From Toensbergia leucococca (taxonomy: Eukaryota), in NCBI GenBank assembly GCA_022813965.1, contig JALDZS010000063.1:62001-119402 (forward strand): a stretch of DNA of 57,402 nt. The letters are read 5' to 3'. Under the pieces are notes generated by a model, which saw only the letters and a list, made by a program, of their open reading frames with translations, was not told the DNA's origin and ran no database searches. Numbering within the stretch: position 1 is the first letter of the stretch; the number at the start of each line of letters is the position of its first letter. The position numbers were made by a program, and so were the translations under genes. Below are positions 26,850 to 39,196 of the stretch, in pieces.

Positions 26850-27720
26850 AATAAGGTACCTCACAATATAGAGACTGATACCTCAGCCACAAGTCCATGA
26901 ACGATCCCTTAAAGTTTCAATCACAGTAAATGCTGTAAAGTATAGATACATTTACTTGTATGGGGCTAGTCTACTGATTGGACGTTGCCTGAAGTCATAG
27001 AGCTAATCTTAAGGAAGTTATCCATCAGTCATTTCATATAAATATCCCCAAACCCCTAGACAGCATTACCCCTCCTTCGACCCCTTCAACTCCCTCATCA
27101 TCGTACCTCTCAAAGCACCATCTACCCACTATCCTCCCCCGTGATTCTCTTCACTTCATACGCTCCTTCATCCCAATATCTGCATCCAGCCACCAAAAAC
27201 CCTTTCAGAGAATCTCTCAATTCAGCAGCCCTCCCTCAAAAGACAAGAAGAAGGGAAACTACAATACCACAGCTGAATACTCAATTAGTAGTGAACACTC
27301 TCAATCACAAAATCAGCTGAATTGAGGTTTTTTTATAGTGATGAATTAGATAGAAAGAGGCATGGTATCTGTGGACAGGTCCGTATGAAAGTATATAAAG
27401 TTACAATTCCACTATTCAGTTCAACTTCTGAACTCTTTCACAAATTTAATCTGACAGAGAACTTTCTCAACACCCCCCTTTCCTATTACCAAATTCTCAT
27501 CCTCTTGCTTCTTTACAGTCAGTCACCTTCATTCACCCCTGTTATCTCTCACCTCATAACTCTCAATGAGAACTGCGCTAACTTCCCTCGCCCCTTTTCT
27601 GCTTCAAGTCTAAATTTTGCAGAATGCTGTGTCTTTCAGTGACAGATACATGTAGAGCGTACTTTGATATTGTGTGAGGGCCAACAATGTTGACTATTAT
27701 TCTTAAAGGAAAACGGTAAC
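26850..27720. pseudogene. AT-rich decayed (RIP-like) segment
   Basis: CpG-poor, AT-rich stretch with stop-ridden frames between the F-box gene and the RAD54 3' end. Its origin is not identifiable. Confidence 0.3.
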
Positions 27721-28026
27721 AAGATAATGATTGGGGGGGTGGTTTCTCCGAAATGAGGCACATGGCACGTCTATAAATATATCCCGTGTGAAGCCCAAGG
27801 GGTGATTTATTGCTGGAAAAATAGTGCTTTGGGTTATCGTCGCCTACATGCAATCCGTGAAGTCAGAACAACAAAAGCTGCCAACGCCCACTCCACCCAA
27901 CCCACCATCTCACGGCCTACCAAAAGCAACTCCACGTCAAAGCTCCCTCTAGCTGCTAAGCAACCCAAATACTCATCCGAGCCAAACCCAAGCCAAATCC
28001 TGCCTCTATTACCTCCCCTAGTCCAC

Positions 28027-30670
28027 TCAGTGGCTAATATACTGAAATACAGCACTGACAGCTTGCTCTGTAGTCTCCTGCCTGAGCAACAAATCCTGAA
28101 TCTTGCCCAGCGGGCCCTCGGGCCCATCATTGGTGAAATGGTTCCAGCTACTAGTATCGCCATACAGCATCGCCGGAGCCTTCATCCATTGCTTCCCGTC
28201 CGGCTTGCAGCGTTTGCACTTGAAGGTGTCGTGCGTGTCGCTTGTGGTTCCGGGCTTGAACTGGAAGAGTTCCCGCAAGGAGTCGAGCGTGAAATGCCTT
28301 TCGACGTCTTCGGCCGAGTCAACCACACATGAAGATAGTGATTGCTTGTGTGATTGGCGCTGGAAGATCTTCTCTTCAATGGAGCCGGTTGCGATGAAGC
28401 GGTACACGAAGCAATCCTTTTTCTGCCCGTCTCGCCACACACGCGCCAAAGCTTGCTGGTCGGCCGCAGGGTTCCAATCCGGGTCAAAGAGCACGAGTCG
28501 ATTAGCACCGATAAGATTAAGACCGCAGCCGCCGGCTTTACTGCTAAGAAGGAAGACGAACTCTTCGCCTTCCGGGTCATTGAATTTATCAACGAGTTTC
28601 TGTCGCTTGTTGACGTTCATAGTACCGTCGAGACGGAGGCAGCCGTAGTTGCGGGAGCGGCAGAGCTTGTCAAATATGTCGAGGGTTTGGGTGTAATTAC
28701 TGATGAGGACGATTTTGTCATTGGTGTCTTGTCGGATTCGGGCGAGCATCCGGTCTAGGACTTGCATCTTTCCGGAATACCAGGGCTTGACGTCTCGATC
28801 TCTACCTCTTGCATCTTTCGGTACGTAGTCGTCTGGGAAGTGTTGTTCACATCCCGGTAGATCTGCTGCTAAATCTAAGAGGTCTGGATGATTGCAGAGC
28901 TTCTTGAGCATGCCAATTGCTTTCAGAGGCTGGCTTCCTTTCCCTCGCAGCAGACTCTTGATGTCTGGGCTTTGAATGAAATAATTGTAGAGATCCATTT
29001 GAAATGGAGCGAGGTTACAGAAAACAACGTGCTCATATTTAACCGGTAGATACTTGGAGAGGATATCGTTGGTGCGGCGAATGATGAATTTATTGACCAA
29101 GGTCAGAAGCTCCGCAAGACATTCATCACCCTTTTTCCGATCTATGTCGGTACCTGCAGCATCACGCCCTTTTAAGATGGGTAATTCGTACTTCTTGCGA
29201 AAGTCATTGCGAGTGCCAAGAAGGTTGGGATTAGCAAAATTCAGTAAGGAGAAGTACTCTGATAGGTCGTTCTGAATTGGCGTTCCAGATAAAATGACCC
29301 GACGGTCAACATTCAGGCTATTAAGAGCAGTAAAAGTCTGGCTCTCTCCGTTCTTCAAACGGTGTCCTTCGTCACAAAGGAGCAGCCCAATCGGTGTGTT
29401 CTTCAATTCCTCTACGTTGAGCCGAAGCGTTTCGTAAGAGACTATGAGCACTGGCCGTACCACCGCTCGACCGCTGGCGATTGACCATTGTCTAAGCTGA
29501 GAAGTGAGTTCTGCTTTGGAGGCCTTGCCGTCAACGGCAAATGGAGTGACTGCATCTTTGCCAAGCCACTTCACTGTAGCTTGTCAGCAAGTCAAACACA
29601 ACCTATGGTGAGAGACTAGACCTACCCAACTCATTCGCCCAATTCCGAACGAGACTTGAAGGACATGCGATGACGCACTTTTGGATGGTGGATTTCCCGG
29701 CATCAGGAGACTGTTTCAGCAGAGTCCACATAAGAGCAATACATTGCAACTGATGCAGTCAGCATTCAATAATTTTTTTCGCCGCAATTGAGACCTACCG
29801 TCTTTCCCAAGCCCATCTCGTCTGCCATGATGCAGCCATTGGCTTTTGGGTCAATCAACCCAGTAGTGCATCTGTACAAAAACTAAGAAGTCTATGGTGA
29901 GCCTGAACTCGAGAAAATAGACCTTGAAAAAAACTACCTTGACACCCTCAACCTGATGAGGCCTTAAAACCTTTGCCAACCGTGGATCGATTACCACAGG
30001 AATCTTCGGATGATCTTCAACTTCCTTCCTCAAGCCTAATATGTTTGCCAATGTTCTGTGCATAATGGGAACATCTAATCTTGGCTTATCAGCTTCTTCG
30101 TCCTTGTTCTCTATTTCTTCGCACACTGCTGGTTTGTCGTCGATGGTAGGATCGTACAGGACAATGGCAAATTCCCCGCCCGGGTCATGCAATGGTTTGG
30201 CAATGAAGGCTGCTCCCTTTCTCATACCCAATGTAGGGGCGGGTCGAGAAGGATTGTACGTTCCTACTTCTTTGTTGATCAACGGCACCGAGAACCTTTG
30301 GCGAAAGAGGGTTTCTCGATCCTTAACCTTGAATACAGGGAATTTGTTGCTGTCCCGATTTGCCAAAGCAAGACGATCTTCGTTTGTCCATGGCTTTTCG
30401 CCATCTTCGGTACTACCATCTGCGTTGGCGTAGTTGACCTTGCGCTTCTTCCTAGCAGGCTTCTCTGATGCACGAGTTGGAGTAGCAGTGCCAGGGCAAT
30501 GGAAAGGGCGCACAAGACGATCAATGGATTGTGGCCCTCCTCCGTAGAGTCTAGATGCTTTCTGGGATGTGGGGAGGTTTTCCTTATCGGCAGAGGGAGT
30601 GGCAGCCTTAGGTCTGTGCCTTTAAGTAGGTTTAGCAGTGCAATCTTCATATTCTATAGTTCTCCTACAT
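28027..30670 (-). CDS. RAD54: DNA repair and recombination SNF2-family ATPase Rad54
   Basis: [86 protein letters not shown]; ends VFQYISH*. The 5' end is uncertain (see findings). Confidence 0.97.
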
Positions 30671-31364
30671 TAGATAATACCGTTCGCTCACTGTGATCAG
30701 GAACAGAAGGGGCGAATCCCGATCAAGGGTTTAGTAATGTTGAGGTCTGTACTAATTTTTCAGAGAACAAAATCCGAAAGTGTGCTTGGGGCACGGGTCA
30801 AGTTGACGTGTTTTGCCACCATCAGGACTATTAAAAACAGGAAAACATGTGACCTTGCGACTTATCGCAAGCGTATCTCGGTATATAGAAGCCGAGGCTC
30901 CGAGACACGCTAGCTTAAGTACTGCAATCCTCGTCATTCCCTCGATTCCCATCAAAACTTGATAATCCTTCAATCAGCCTGAATGAATACAAAATTACTG
31001 TTTGGTAAAACCTATACCAAGCCGCTACGGTATTGAGACACCTAAATTGATCACTGCGGCCTGCAGAGATGCCAGAAATGTGTATAAATGCGGTATCATT
31101 CCTAATACTATTGAATCTGCACCCCACTCCTCACCTTGAAAATTACTCAAAATTCAACATCGTATTCTATGCATACCCCACGTTCCTTACCAGGAGTAAA
31201 CCATGCCATTTCATGATAACCGTTATGGCCATTGAACATTCACTTATCTTGTCTAACAAGCGAGCAAGGGTCGCATATTCTAGAGGGCAGTGATCCTTCA
31301 TTACTAAAGCCAGTGCTAAAATGGATTTCTCGACCTCTTTTCTTTTCCTTTGTCAAAAGTCAAC

Positions 31365-32445
31365 ATGTCTGCCGATTTCTGGGCAGGCTACATTAGCGGA
31401 GCAATAGCCATAACCATCGGCAATTATTTTGACATTCTGAAAGTTCGCCTACAAACCGCTAGCCATTCGGACAGAGCCGTCCGATCCGAGTCGTTGACTG
31501 TGCTCCTTAAGAATCCAAGCTCGTTGATCAGAGGTCTGTTCTTGGGAATTGCAATATCCACGAGGCTATGGCACTGATCACACTCCCAAGCACCAAGGCT
31601 CGGCAGCACCCATTCTTGGCTTCGGGGCGCTCAGCGCCATCCTCTTTGTCTGCTACAACCGAGTACTCATGCATCTAGACCATTCTGTTATTGATCCTAC
31701 AACCCCAACAGGAACTCCCTTAATCATTATCTGGATTGCAGGCGCTGTGGCGGGACTTCCTAGCTCGATCTTATCCACGCCTGTAGAATTAATCAAGTGC
31801 TGCACACAGCTGAGCCCTTCTGAACAAAGTTCCTGGGCAATTGGGAAAGAGCTGTGGAAACAGGGCGGGTTGAGAGGTTTATACCTCGGGGGTGCAGTGA
31901 CGAGTTCTCGTGATGCTCTAGGCTGGGGAACTTAGTAGGCAACATCTCTTTGATTGTGCTACTGACAAAGCGAACTATCCACTGAGAATGCACAAGTTTT
32001 TGGTCCTACGAACTTAGCAAGCGATGCTTCGATCATGCTTTTGACGCCGAGAGATACGCAGCATTGAAATTGCTCCTCTCTGGCGGCCTTGCAGGCGTCG
32101 TGTCTTGGATATTGATCTTTCCACTCGATGTCATCAAGACAAGAGTCCAGACACAGGGGACCTCCAGTATGGCGGCGGAGCAGGAATCTCTTCTTCCTAA
32201 GCAGGGCAAACTTATCGTTGGCGAGGGCGTTAGACCAGGTGCCTTGGAAACAGCGAGGCTTCTCTACGATGAAGGAGGCTGCAAATCATTTTACAGAGGA
32301 CTTGGTTTTTGTCTCGTGGGAGGTTTCATAGTAAACGCCGTGCAAGTGAGTCTTGTGCAGATCAAGATTTTTACGAAGTATCAGCTGATACATGAAATAG
32401 TTGTTCGTATATGAACGGATCATGCAGGCTTTTAAACCGATGTAA
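31365..32445 (+). CDS. Mitochondrial carrier (SLC25; carnitine/amino-acid carrier-like), divergent
   Basis: MSADFWAGYISGA..DILKVRLQ, TPVELIKC, GLRGLYLGG, FPLDVIKTRVQ, FYRGLG. Three introns restore the frame. Confidence 0.85.
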
Positions 32446-32735
32446 ACTCCGCTGGGTGATTAAAGGGAACAAAGCTGAGATATCAAAGTCTCCCTTGCAC
32501 CTCCATTCCTTTACCAGTTGTTTAGATTTCAATTTTCATTCTTTTACTTTTGCATAATGATTTGTATATACCGAGATGGGTAAGAAGCGTGTTTCAAAAC
32601 AATCTATCATAATAGAACATATAGACACGTGAAGGTTGGGAGTGCTATCCAGTGGCCAACCTTAGAGATAAGCAAGTACGCCGTCTGGACGCGAGTTGCT
32701 TGCGCGACGCTCGATACTCTCTTCTCCTATATGTT

Positions 32736-32978
32736 CAACATCCGCTTGTCTCTCATCACTCAGAGCCTGCTTCGAGCGTGAGAAACCTCCTTTCACTTGG
32801 TACCAGAACCAAACTAGCAACCACACAAGACACAGAGTGTTGACGGGAGAGCAACGATGTTCGCCTCGAAGGGGATGAGGCAGATCAAGATTCGGACAAA
32901 GACTATCTGTAGAAGGGGGAATTGCGCTACATAAGCTCGGGATGGTGTGAGTGAGAGACTCCTTACCTGCGGACGTTG
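32736..32978. ncRNA. Candidate structured RNA element (family unknown)
   Basis: Long terminal pairing (caacatccgc/gcggacgttg; gtctctca/tgagagac; tcac/gtga) enclosing several short hairpins. T6 run at 33011-33016. No recognised RNA-family motif. Confidence 0.4.
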
Positions 32979-33286
32979 TGCATTTGTCGTATTTGAATAA
33001 ACTGACTTCCTTTTTTGTGAAACAAATTTTAATTGTTAGAATTTCATGGACTTTAGGACTCGGTTATCATAATGCTTGTACGAGTAGTATGGGGTAAGAT
33101 AGTCATGCAGATAAGAATGAGGGTGTCTTTTCTAACCCATGGCTAGGACTCATCGTCCTCATCTTTGGTATTATTAAACATGGTGTACATATGAAAGGGA
33201 TGCACTTGGAGTGGACCGTGTAAACTAGTACAATGATGAAAAATTACCGTGGCCCTGCACTGATTGCTAAAATCAGAGCTCCGTTA

Positions 33287-34483
33287 TCATGCATCGACAA
33301 AGGATTTTACGTCTAAGCAAAACACGTTAGTTTACGAGAGCTGGAATCCAAAGCGTGAAACACTCACTTGATAGCCAGTTCAAGTACTCCTTCTGCTCCT
33401 TGAAGTCAATGTACTCCGGTATCCACAAGGCCAACGCAGTATTCACACCCCTCTCGTCAAGATACCTCTCTAGCATCACCTGCAAGTCTTCATCCAAATT
33501 TCCAAATGGCGGGCCTGTGTACAATCCCCTCCTCGACCAATCATGTTCGGCCGTCTTCGCATCCGCAAGTTTAGCTTTGGGGAAGTAGTACACATTCTCA
33601 ATAGTGATCATGCCGTCTTGTGCTACAGTCTCCAGTTGCATGGCACCCGGGCTGCTCGCCTTTTCGATGGTAATGTTCACTCGAGCGGGGAAGCTGGGCT
33701 CCTGGTCAGCTTCCTCGCCGTCGGGGCCTTCGTCGTCCATCAGCTCTTCACGGTCTGCGGGCGCAACGGAATCTTCAGGGGCGACGTTGATGTTGCCACC
33801 CTTTGTGCGCCCTTGATTGATAGTACCTTTCGATTGCGCCCCCCCTGATTGGGTTTCCGTGGGTAGATCGGCGTTATCCTCGTCGTACAGAGCTTTGTCT
33901 TCTGAATATTGATCCGCATCTTGGTCGAGGGTGTTGAGATCCGCGATGGAGAAGGTGATACGGATTCTGATGTAAAGTTGAGTATAAGATCATAGTACTT
34001 TCATACAATTACATACTTTTCATCGCCGAATTGGCGGGTGAGGATAACTTCTTCCTGGCCTGATTCATCGTGAAGCTAATCCTTATGAGCATAAAGGCTT
34101 TAGGTCGAGATGAGGCGACTTACCTCGAATGGACCATTGTCAATGTAGTCTTGTATGTTTGCGGGAAGGCGGTCGGAATCTCTCATCTCCTCTTCCATCT
34201 GTAGCTCTGTCTCAAGCTTGGCAGACAGCTCTTGGTCCACTACATATTCGGTAAGCTTATATACCGCCCAAAGTCTCATCAACGGCATAGTACCTTCACC
34301 CTCTTTTTCCCAAGCCGTTCGTGTTGTTGAGAAGGCTGCATATCTCGGTCTTGAAGCTATCCTCCAGGATTGTTGCAGCAATAGTGGTTGGCGGACTGTT
34401 GATAGGGGCACTCGGGAGCATTGTGCAGATAGACGGGAAAGAGAACGAGGAACAGATCGGGTGAAGCTTCTTAATGATAACAT
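33287..34483 (-). CDS. MAM33: Mitochondrial acidic matrix protein Mam33 (p32/C1QBP family)
   Basis: Presequence MLSLRSFTRSVPR..., then DQELSAKL and YTGPPFGNLDEDLQVMLERYLDERGVNTALA..YIDFKEQKEYLNWL. Several introns. Confidence 0.95.
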
Positions 34484-34876
34484 TTTGAAGATAGACAAAG
34501 CAAAGAAGAGTCTGGTCTCTGAATGTTGACGTTGTTGAAGGAGATCATACGGAGTACTCTTAGCTTTTTTTTTGCCGGTTCGCTTGTCGGTCATTTAGCG
34601 CTAGTTTTACGGAGTAGCGTCCTCGGCCTTGCACGCATGGCGCGCCTCGAACCTCAGGCTTCTATTCAGTCTCTTCGATTTGAAGAGAACCAGGGAACAA
34701 TTACATGGTACCACGATAATGAAGAAAGCGAGAAGAACATTCTAGTACCTGTTAGGACTATGAATATTCTTCCAAACATACAGAGAGTGCAGGAATTCTG
34801 AGGACGCCTGGACTATGGCTAGACCCATAACATCATCCTTTAGCCATCTTTCGCCTCAACGCCAAGCCTGCACAGG

Positions 34877-35520
34877 TCATGACTGTCCCTTGGGTGGGAA
34901 ACTCGACTCATGTTTTACCCCTTTCCTTGTCAAACGCATATATTTCATAGTACTCAAGGACGTCCATTGTCCGTTCCAAGCCCGCAATAGTGTGAGATTT
35001 GCCTCGTTCGCCATGTCTGGTATCCAAAAGCCAGTATCGTACTCTCGCTCTTCAACCAGGATCCGCTGTTGCAGGAGATCTTGCCGCGTACTTGTTGGTC
35101 TCCCTTGTCTCCGCTCATCTTTGAGTGCTGCAAGCTCTTCATCATCGCGCTTCAGATACCTGATAGGCCTTTAGCAAGACCGTCAAAGGCATTCGGTACC
35201 CGAATGGTACCTTTCAACAAGGCTCTGAATATTTTTCGTCACAAGTGGGCCCTCCGCTTCTTTTACTGCTCCCTGAAAGAATGCCACTCTTTGCACTATG
35301 AAGCATGAGCATGAGCATCTGAAAAGCCGTTGAGCACAGAAGCATCCATACTGTGAGGTCGATTTGCCTTTGCCCTCGCTGTTGCAACACGGTTTAATTT
35401 ATCTGACCTTGCGCCTGCGCGACGCAGCCTTTGAGAATCTCTGCTATTCTCATGTAGGCTAGTAATATTGCCCTTCTTCTTAGATATCTTCTTTTGGACC
35501 TTTGCTAAGCTTTTGGGCAT
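34877..35520 (-). CDS. TMA16: Translation machinery-associated protein Tma16
   Basis: MPKSLAKVQKKISKKKG..LHENSRDSQRLRRAG.R.DKL. After one intron RDDEELAA...RRPTSTRQDLL..GFWIPDM; ends PPKGQS*. Confidence 0.88.
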
Positions 35521-35929
35521 TTTGTGTGGAGTGTGAAATTTCCGTAGGTCATTTTTGTAACTCTAGGGATATTGCAAAGGTCCAAATTAGCCTCGGCAGA
35601 ATGTTTGCATGTTTGCACTCCCCTGTCTTACCCTATTGAGTCTAGCAGCCGAGATACACGGGTATTGGCGAGCTTCTTGCCTTTCGCGTGCCGCGTTGAA
35701 CTCTAGGATTGTGATGACGCTTCACGTCTCTTCAATGCATGTACGAGTAACCGGTCTTCTTCAACTAAAAGATTTTGCTTATGGACTGTCCTTTTCGCTT
35801 GATTTCACGCTTCACGCCGATCAAGCGCTCTGAGGCTCACTGGAGCTTTCGGCTGCCCACTATGACCTAGGATTTTGCTTCTGCCGCACCAACAACTTTG
35901 GCTATTGATGTCGGTTGCAGGGAATCAGA

Positions 35930-38321
35930 ATGGGCATCTCCGGTATGAAAGCATACACTTGAGGCTACCTTCATGTCTCTGACAATGACTAGGTTTGCTT
36001 CCGCTTCTAAAATCTATACATAAACCTTGCAATCTAAAAAAGTTCGCTGGCCAGACCATTGGAGTTGATGCATATGGCTGGCTACACAGAGGGACAGTGG
36101 CATGTGCCATTGACCTCGCTTTGGGGAACCCGACGAACAAGTACGCTGACATGACTAGTGTATATGCGGGAGAGATCTGACAATTTCTAGATTCGTCGAC
36201 TTCTCAATGTCTCGAGTTCGGATGCTGATCCACTTCGGTGTTACTCCATATATGGTCTTCGACGGAGACTACCTACCGAGCAAGGCAGTGACAGAAGCAG
36301 AACGAGCGATCAAACGGGATGAAAGCAAGAAACTCGGTCTCGAACTCCATCGACTTGGTAAACCCTCTCAAGCACATCTTGAGCTGCAAAAGGCTGTCGA
36401 TGTCACCCCGGAGATGGCAAGGCAACTGATCGAGGAGCTTAAGAGGCTCGGGGTGCAGTACGTCGTTGCACCGTACGAAGCAGACGCCCAACTTGCATAT
36501 CTTGAACGAAAAGGAATTATTCATGGCATACTATCAGAGGATTCGGATCTATTGGTCTTTGGGGCGAAGCGACTCCTAACCAAACTGGACCAGTATGGTG
36601 ACTGTATCGAAATCAATCGCAATGACTTTACCGCGTGTCGGGATATTAGCTTGGTCGGTTGGTCGGACGTTGAGTTTCGAAGGATGGCTATCCTGAGTGG
36701 CTGCGATTACTTACCGAGCATTAATAAGATGGGTTTGAAGACTGCCTATCGTCTGGTCCGGAAACACAAGACAATCGAAAAGATCATTCGAATTTTGAAA
36801 TTTGATGGGCAATTCCACGTCCCAACTGGATATCTAGAATCTTTCCGGAAAGCTGAATTGACCTTTCTCCATCAACGGGTCTTCTGCCCACTTACAAACG
36901 CCCTTATTATGAACACCGGAATCGCGATCGATACAGAGCCAGAGGATTTGGCGTTCATTGGCCACGATGTTGATAAAGATACCGCAATAGGAGTCGCTCG
37001 GGGGGACCTTCATCCCATGACTAAGAAACCCATCATCGTTCAAAACAAGATCCATGGTACCCCCAGGACGCCGTACTTAACTTCGCGGAGACAATCCTTC
37101 TCTGAACCCTGCGATCCAAAGGCAATGAAGTCTATTGATTCATTTTTTAAACCAAAACGGACACCTCTTGCGGAGCTGGATCCCAATGTTTTTACACCTT
37201 CTCCTAGTCAGCAACGCCTACTTCGGCGATATAACGAACCACGATCATCACACTCAGCCTCAACCTATCCTCCACAACTTCGGTCTAGTACATCGTTGCC
37301 ATCATCAGCTTCTACTCCGCCCCTGCAAACAATGAGAATGGTCGCCAACAGCACGGGCACATCTGTATCTGCGCATCATCCCAGCAAGAGGCAACGCTTG
37401 TGCTCTGAGGCAGGTGATCTGCAGTTGAATTGTCAACAGTCAAGCGACCTGGATACTGGACGCAGTCGTTTCTTCACATCCTCTGTGCCGGATCAAAGTC
37501 CTCTGATCCCTAAAAAAGGAAAGGGAAAAAAAAGAGAGGGACAAGAAGTCAATATCTGGTCGGACGATTCCATCGAAGATGCCATGGCTAAGCTGCCGGA
37601 TGCGTCTGATGAAAAGGGGTTATCGGAGGAAGTCAAGATAGCGGTATTCCAGGACGAGTCACCTGAATCAGTAACAAGTGTTCAATGCGGATCATCTCAA
37701 AATCATCACCAGATCCAGGAAGCCTCGCTGAATTCGGGCCCAGCGGAATCAACGGCCCAGTCAAGCCTGTCGACGACTACATCTAGTACGAGCGCCTCAC
37801 ACTCCGCACATTCCGTTGTCAGGAGTCTAGACGAGCATGTGATTTCCGAGCTAGCTCTTCTAAACGACAGATACTCTTACTCATCATCTTCTGCCAAGAG
37901 CAAGAGTTCATTGGAAAGTGAGAATAAGACTAAGCCTGGTGTACTCTCTCCATCAATTCAGTACATGGCGAAGCCGCCAAGAATGCGACAGGGGGGTATG
38001 ACGCCGCTACAAAGGCTCGGCCTAGGTGCCTTGAACAGGACAAAGCCGTACAATGAGCCTCTTCATGTTATCGCAGGTTGCACGAAGGTTACAAAAACAT
38101 CTGTTGAAGTGGCCATGGCGAGCAAAGCTTCCGAACAGTCTTCAGAGATTTTGCATTGTTCTCAGAAGCAAGCTTTCAGTTCTTTGAGCATGAAGGGTAG
38201 CGAGGATATCATCATACCGAATTCAGAAGACGAAGATGATGGTAGCATATCGGGATCCGAGTTAGGAGACGTTATGCCAAAGGTCGATTTTGGACGATTT
38301 GCTTTCACCGGGTGGGCTTGA
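35930..38321 (+). CDS. EXO1: Exonuclease 1 (XPG/Rad2 family)
   Basis: MGISGLLPLLKSI..GVDAYGWLHRG..C, VFDGDYLPSK, VAPYEADAQLAYL, SEDSDLLVFG, ILSGCDYL. Two short 5' introns; long disordered tail. Confidence 0.96.
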
Positions 38322-38899
38322 TTCCCGCGATGATTGTTTCAGCGCGGTGTTCTGGCGACAACGAGATAGTGCTTTGGGAGACGGTAGGCTGGGTGGCGCA
38401 CTGCATGCTCAGACTGGAGTCAAGAACGGGTACTTGGATACTGGGCCAAATTGAGACTCAGGCATATATACATTGAGCAGAGGAGAAAGGTTGGCGCTAG
38501 ATGGTCATAGTCTTCAAATATTCCTTATTCTTTGTGCCGTCGCCGTCAGTACTTTGTAAGACGTGAGCTGGCTGCGAACAGAATGGTGGTAATTGGTCAG
38601 GTAGGTCAAGCTCTACCTACTCGTAGATTCCAAGCGAGCTAACTCACTTCTGGAATCTACTACTCTAGCGGATGACGTGGCCCACCTCTCTGTCTCTTGA
38701 TTCAATTGATTGGCGGTGACGGGAGGCAGAAAGCTTATTTTGCTAGCGGCGAGCTAAAGTCATCGCTCTAGCAACCGACTGCTGTCAACACTGCTTGAAC
38801 TGACCAAAATCTAAAATCCCACCCAACCTCCCCAGCCACCCACCCTCACCTGCCTCTTCCAAGTCGAAATACTAGTTGTGCGCATACGGAGACACTGCC

Positions 38900-38921
38900 A
38901 TGAAACAATAAGCTATTTCAT
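38900..38921. promoter_or_regulatory. Inverted pair of Ste12 pheromone response elements upstream of FIG1
   Basis: ATGAAACA (38900-38907), 6-nt spacer, TATTTCAT (38914-38921; one mismatch to the reverse PRE). Confidence 0.55.
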
Positions 38922-39196
38922 ACTATCCTAACATACAACATCGATATTTTGAAGGACGCCATCTGACCCTTTTGAAGATCCTAATCGCAATTATTCCTTC
39001 GAAGAGTGCAACTTTCGACCTCGTCACACATTCTTTAACATAGACCATCCTCTGCATTCCTCATCAGAACTTTCGTCTTAAATAGCCTCCAACAACGGCT
39101 GATTGGCCTATTCGGACAGCTTCCTTCTCGGAAGATCGAGAAGTGGAGTGCTATTGGGCCGATCAGGGTCGGTGGTGGGAGTGATAATAGGCCAAA

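Noticed and set aside
32774..32812. GAGCGTGAGAAAC (U3 box B-like) and TACCAGAACCA (U5-like) motifs
   Set aside because: U3 box A/A' and terminal box D, and the U5 loop GCCTTTTAC, are absent, so neither identity is supported.
33131..33138. CTAACCC as a possible telomerase RNA template
   Set aside because: Only 7 nt, located in the MAM33 3' region, and the intergenic space is far smaller than known Pezizomycotina telomerase RNAs.
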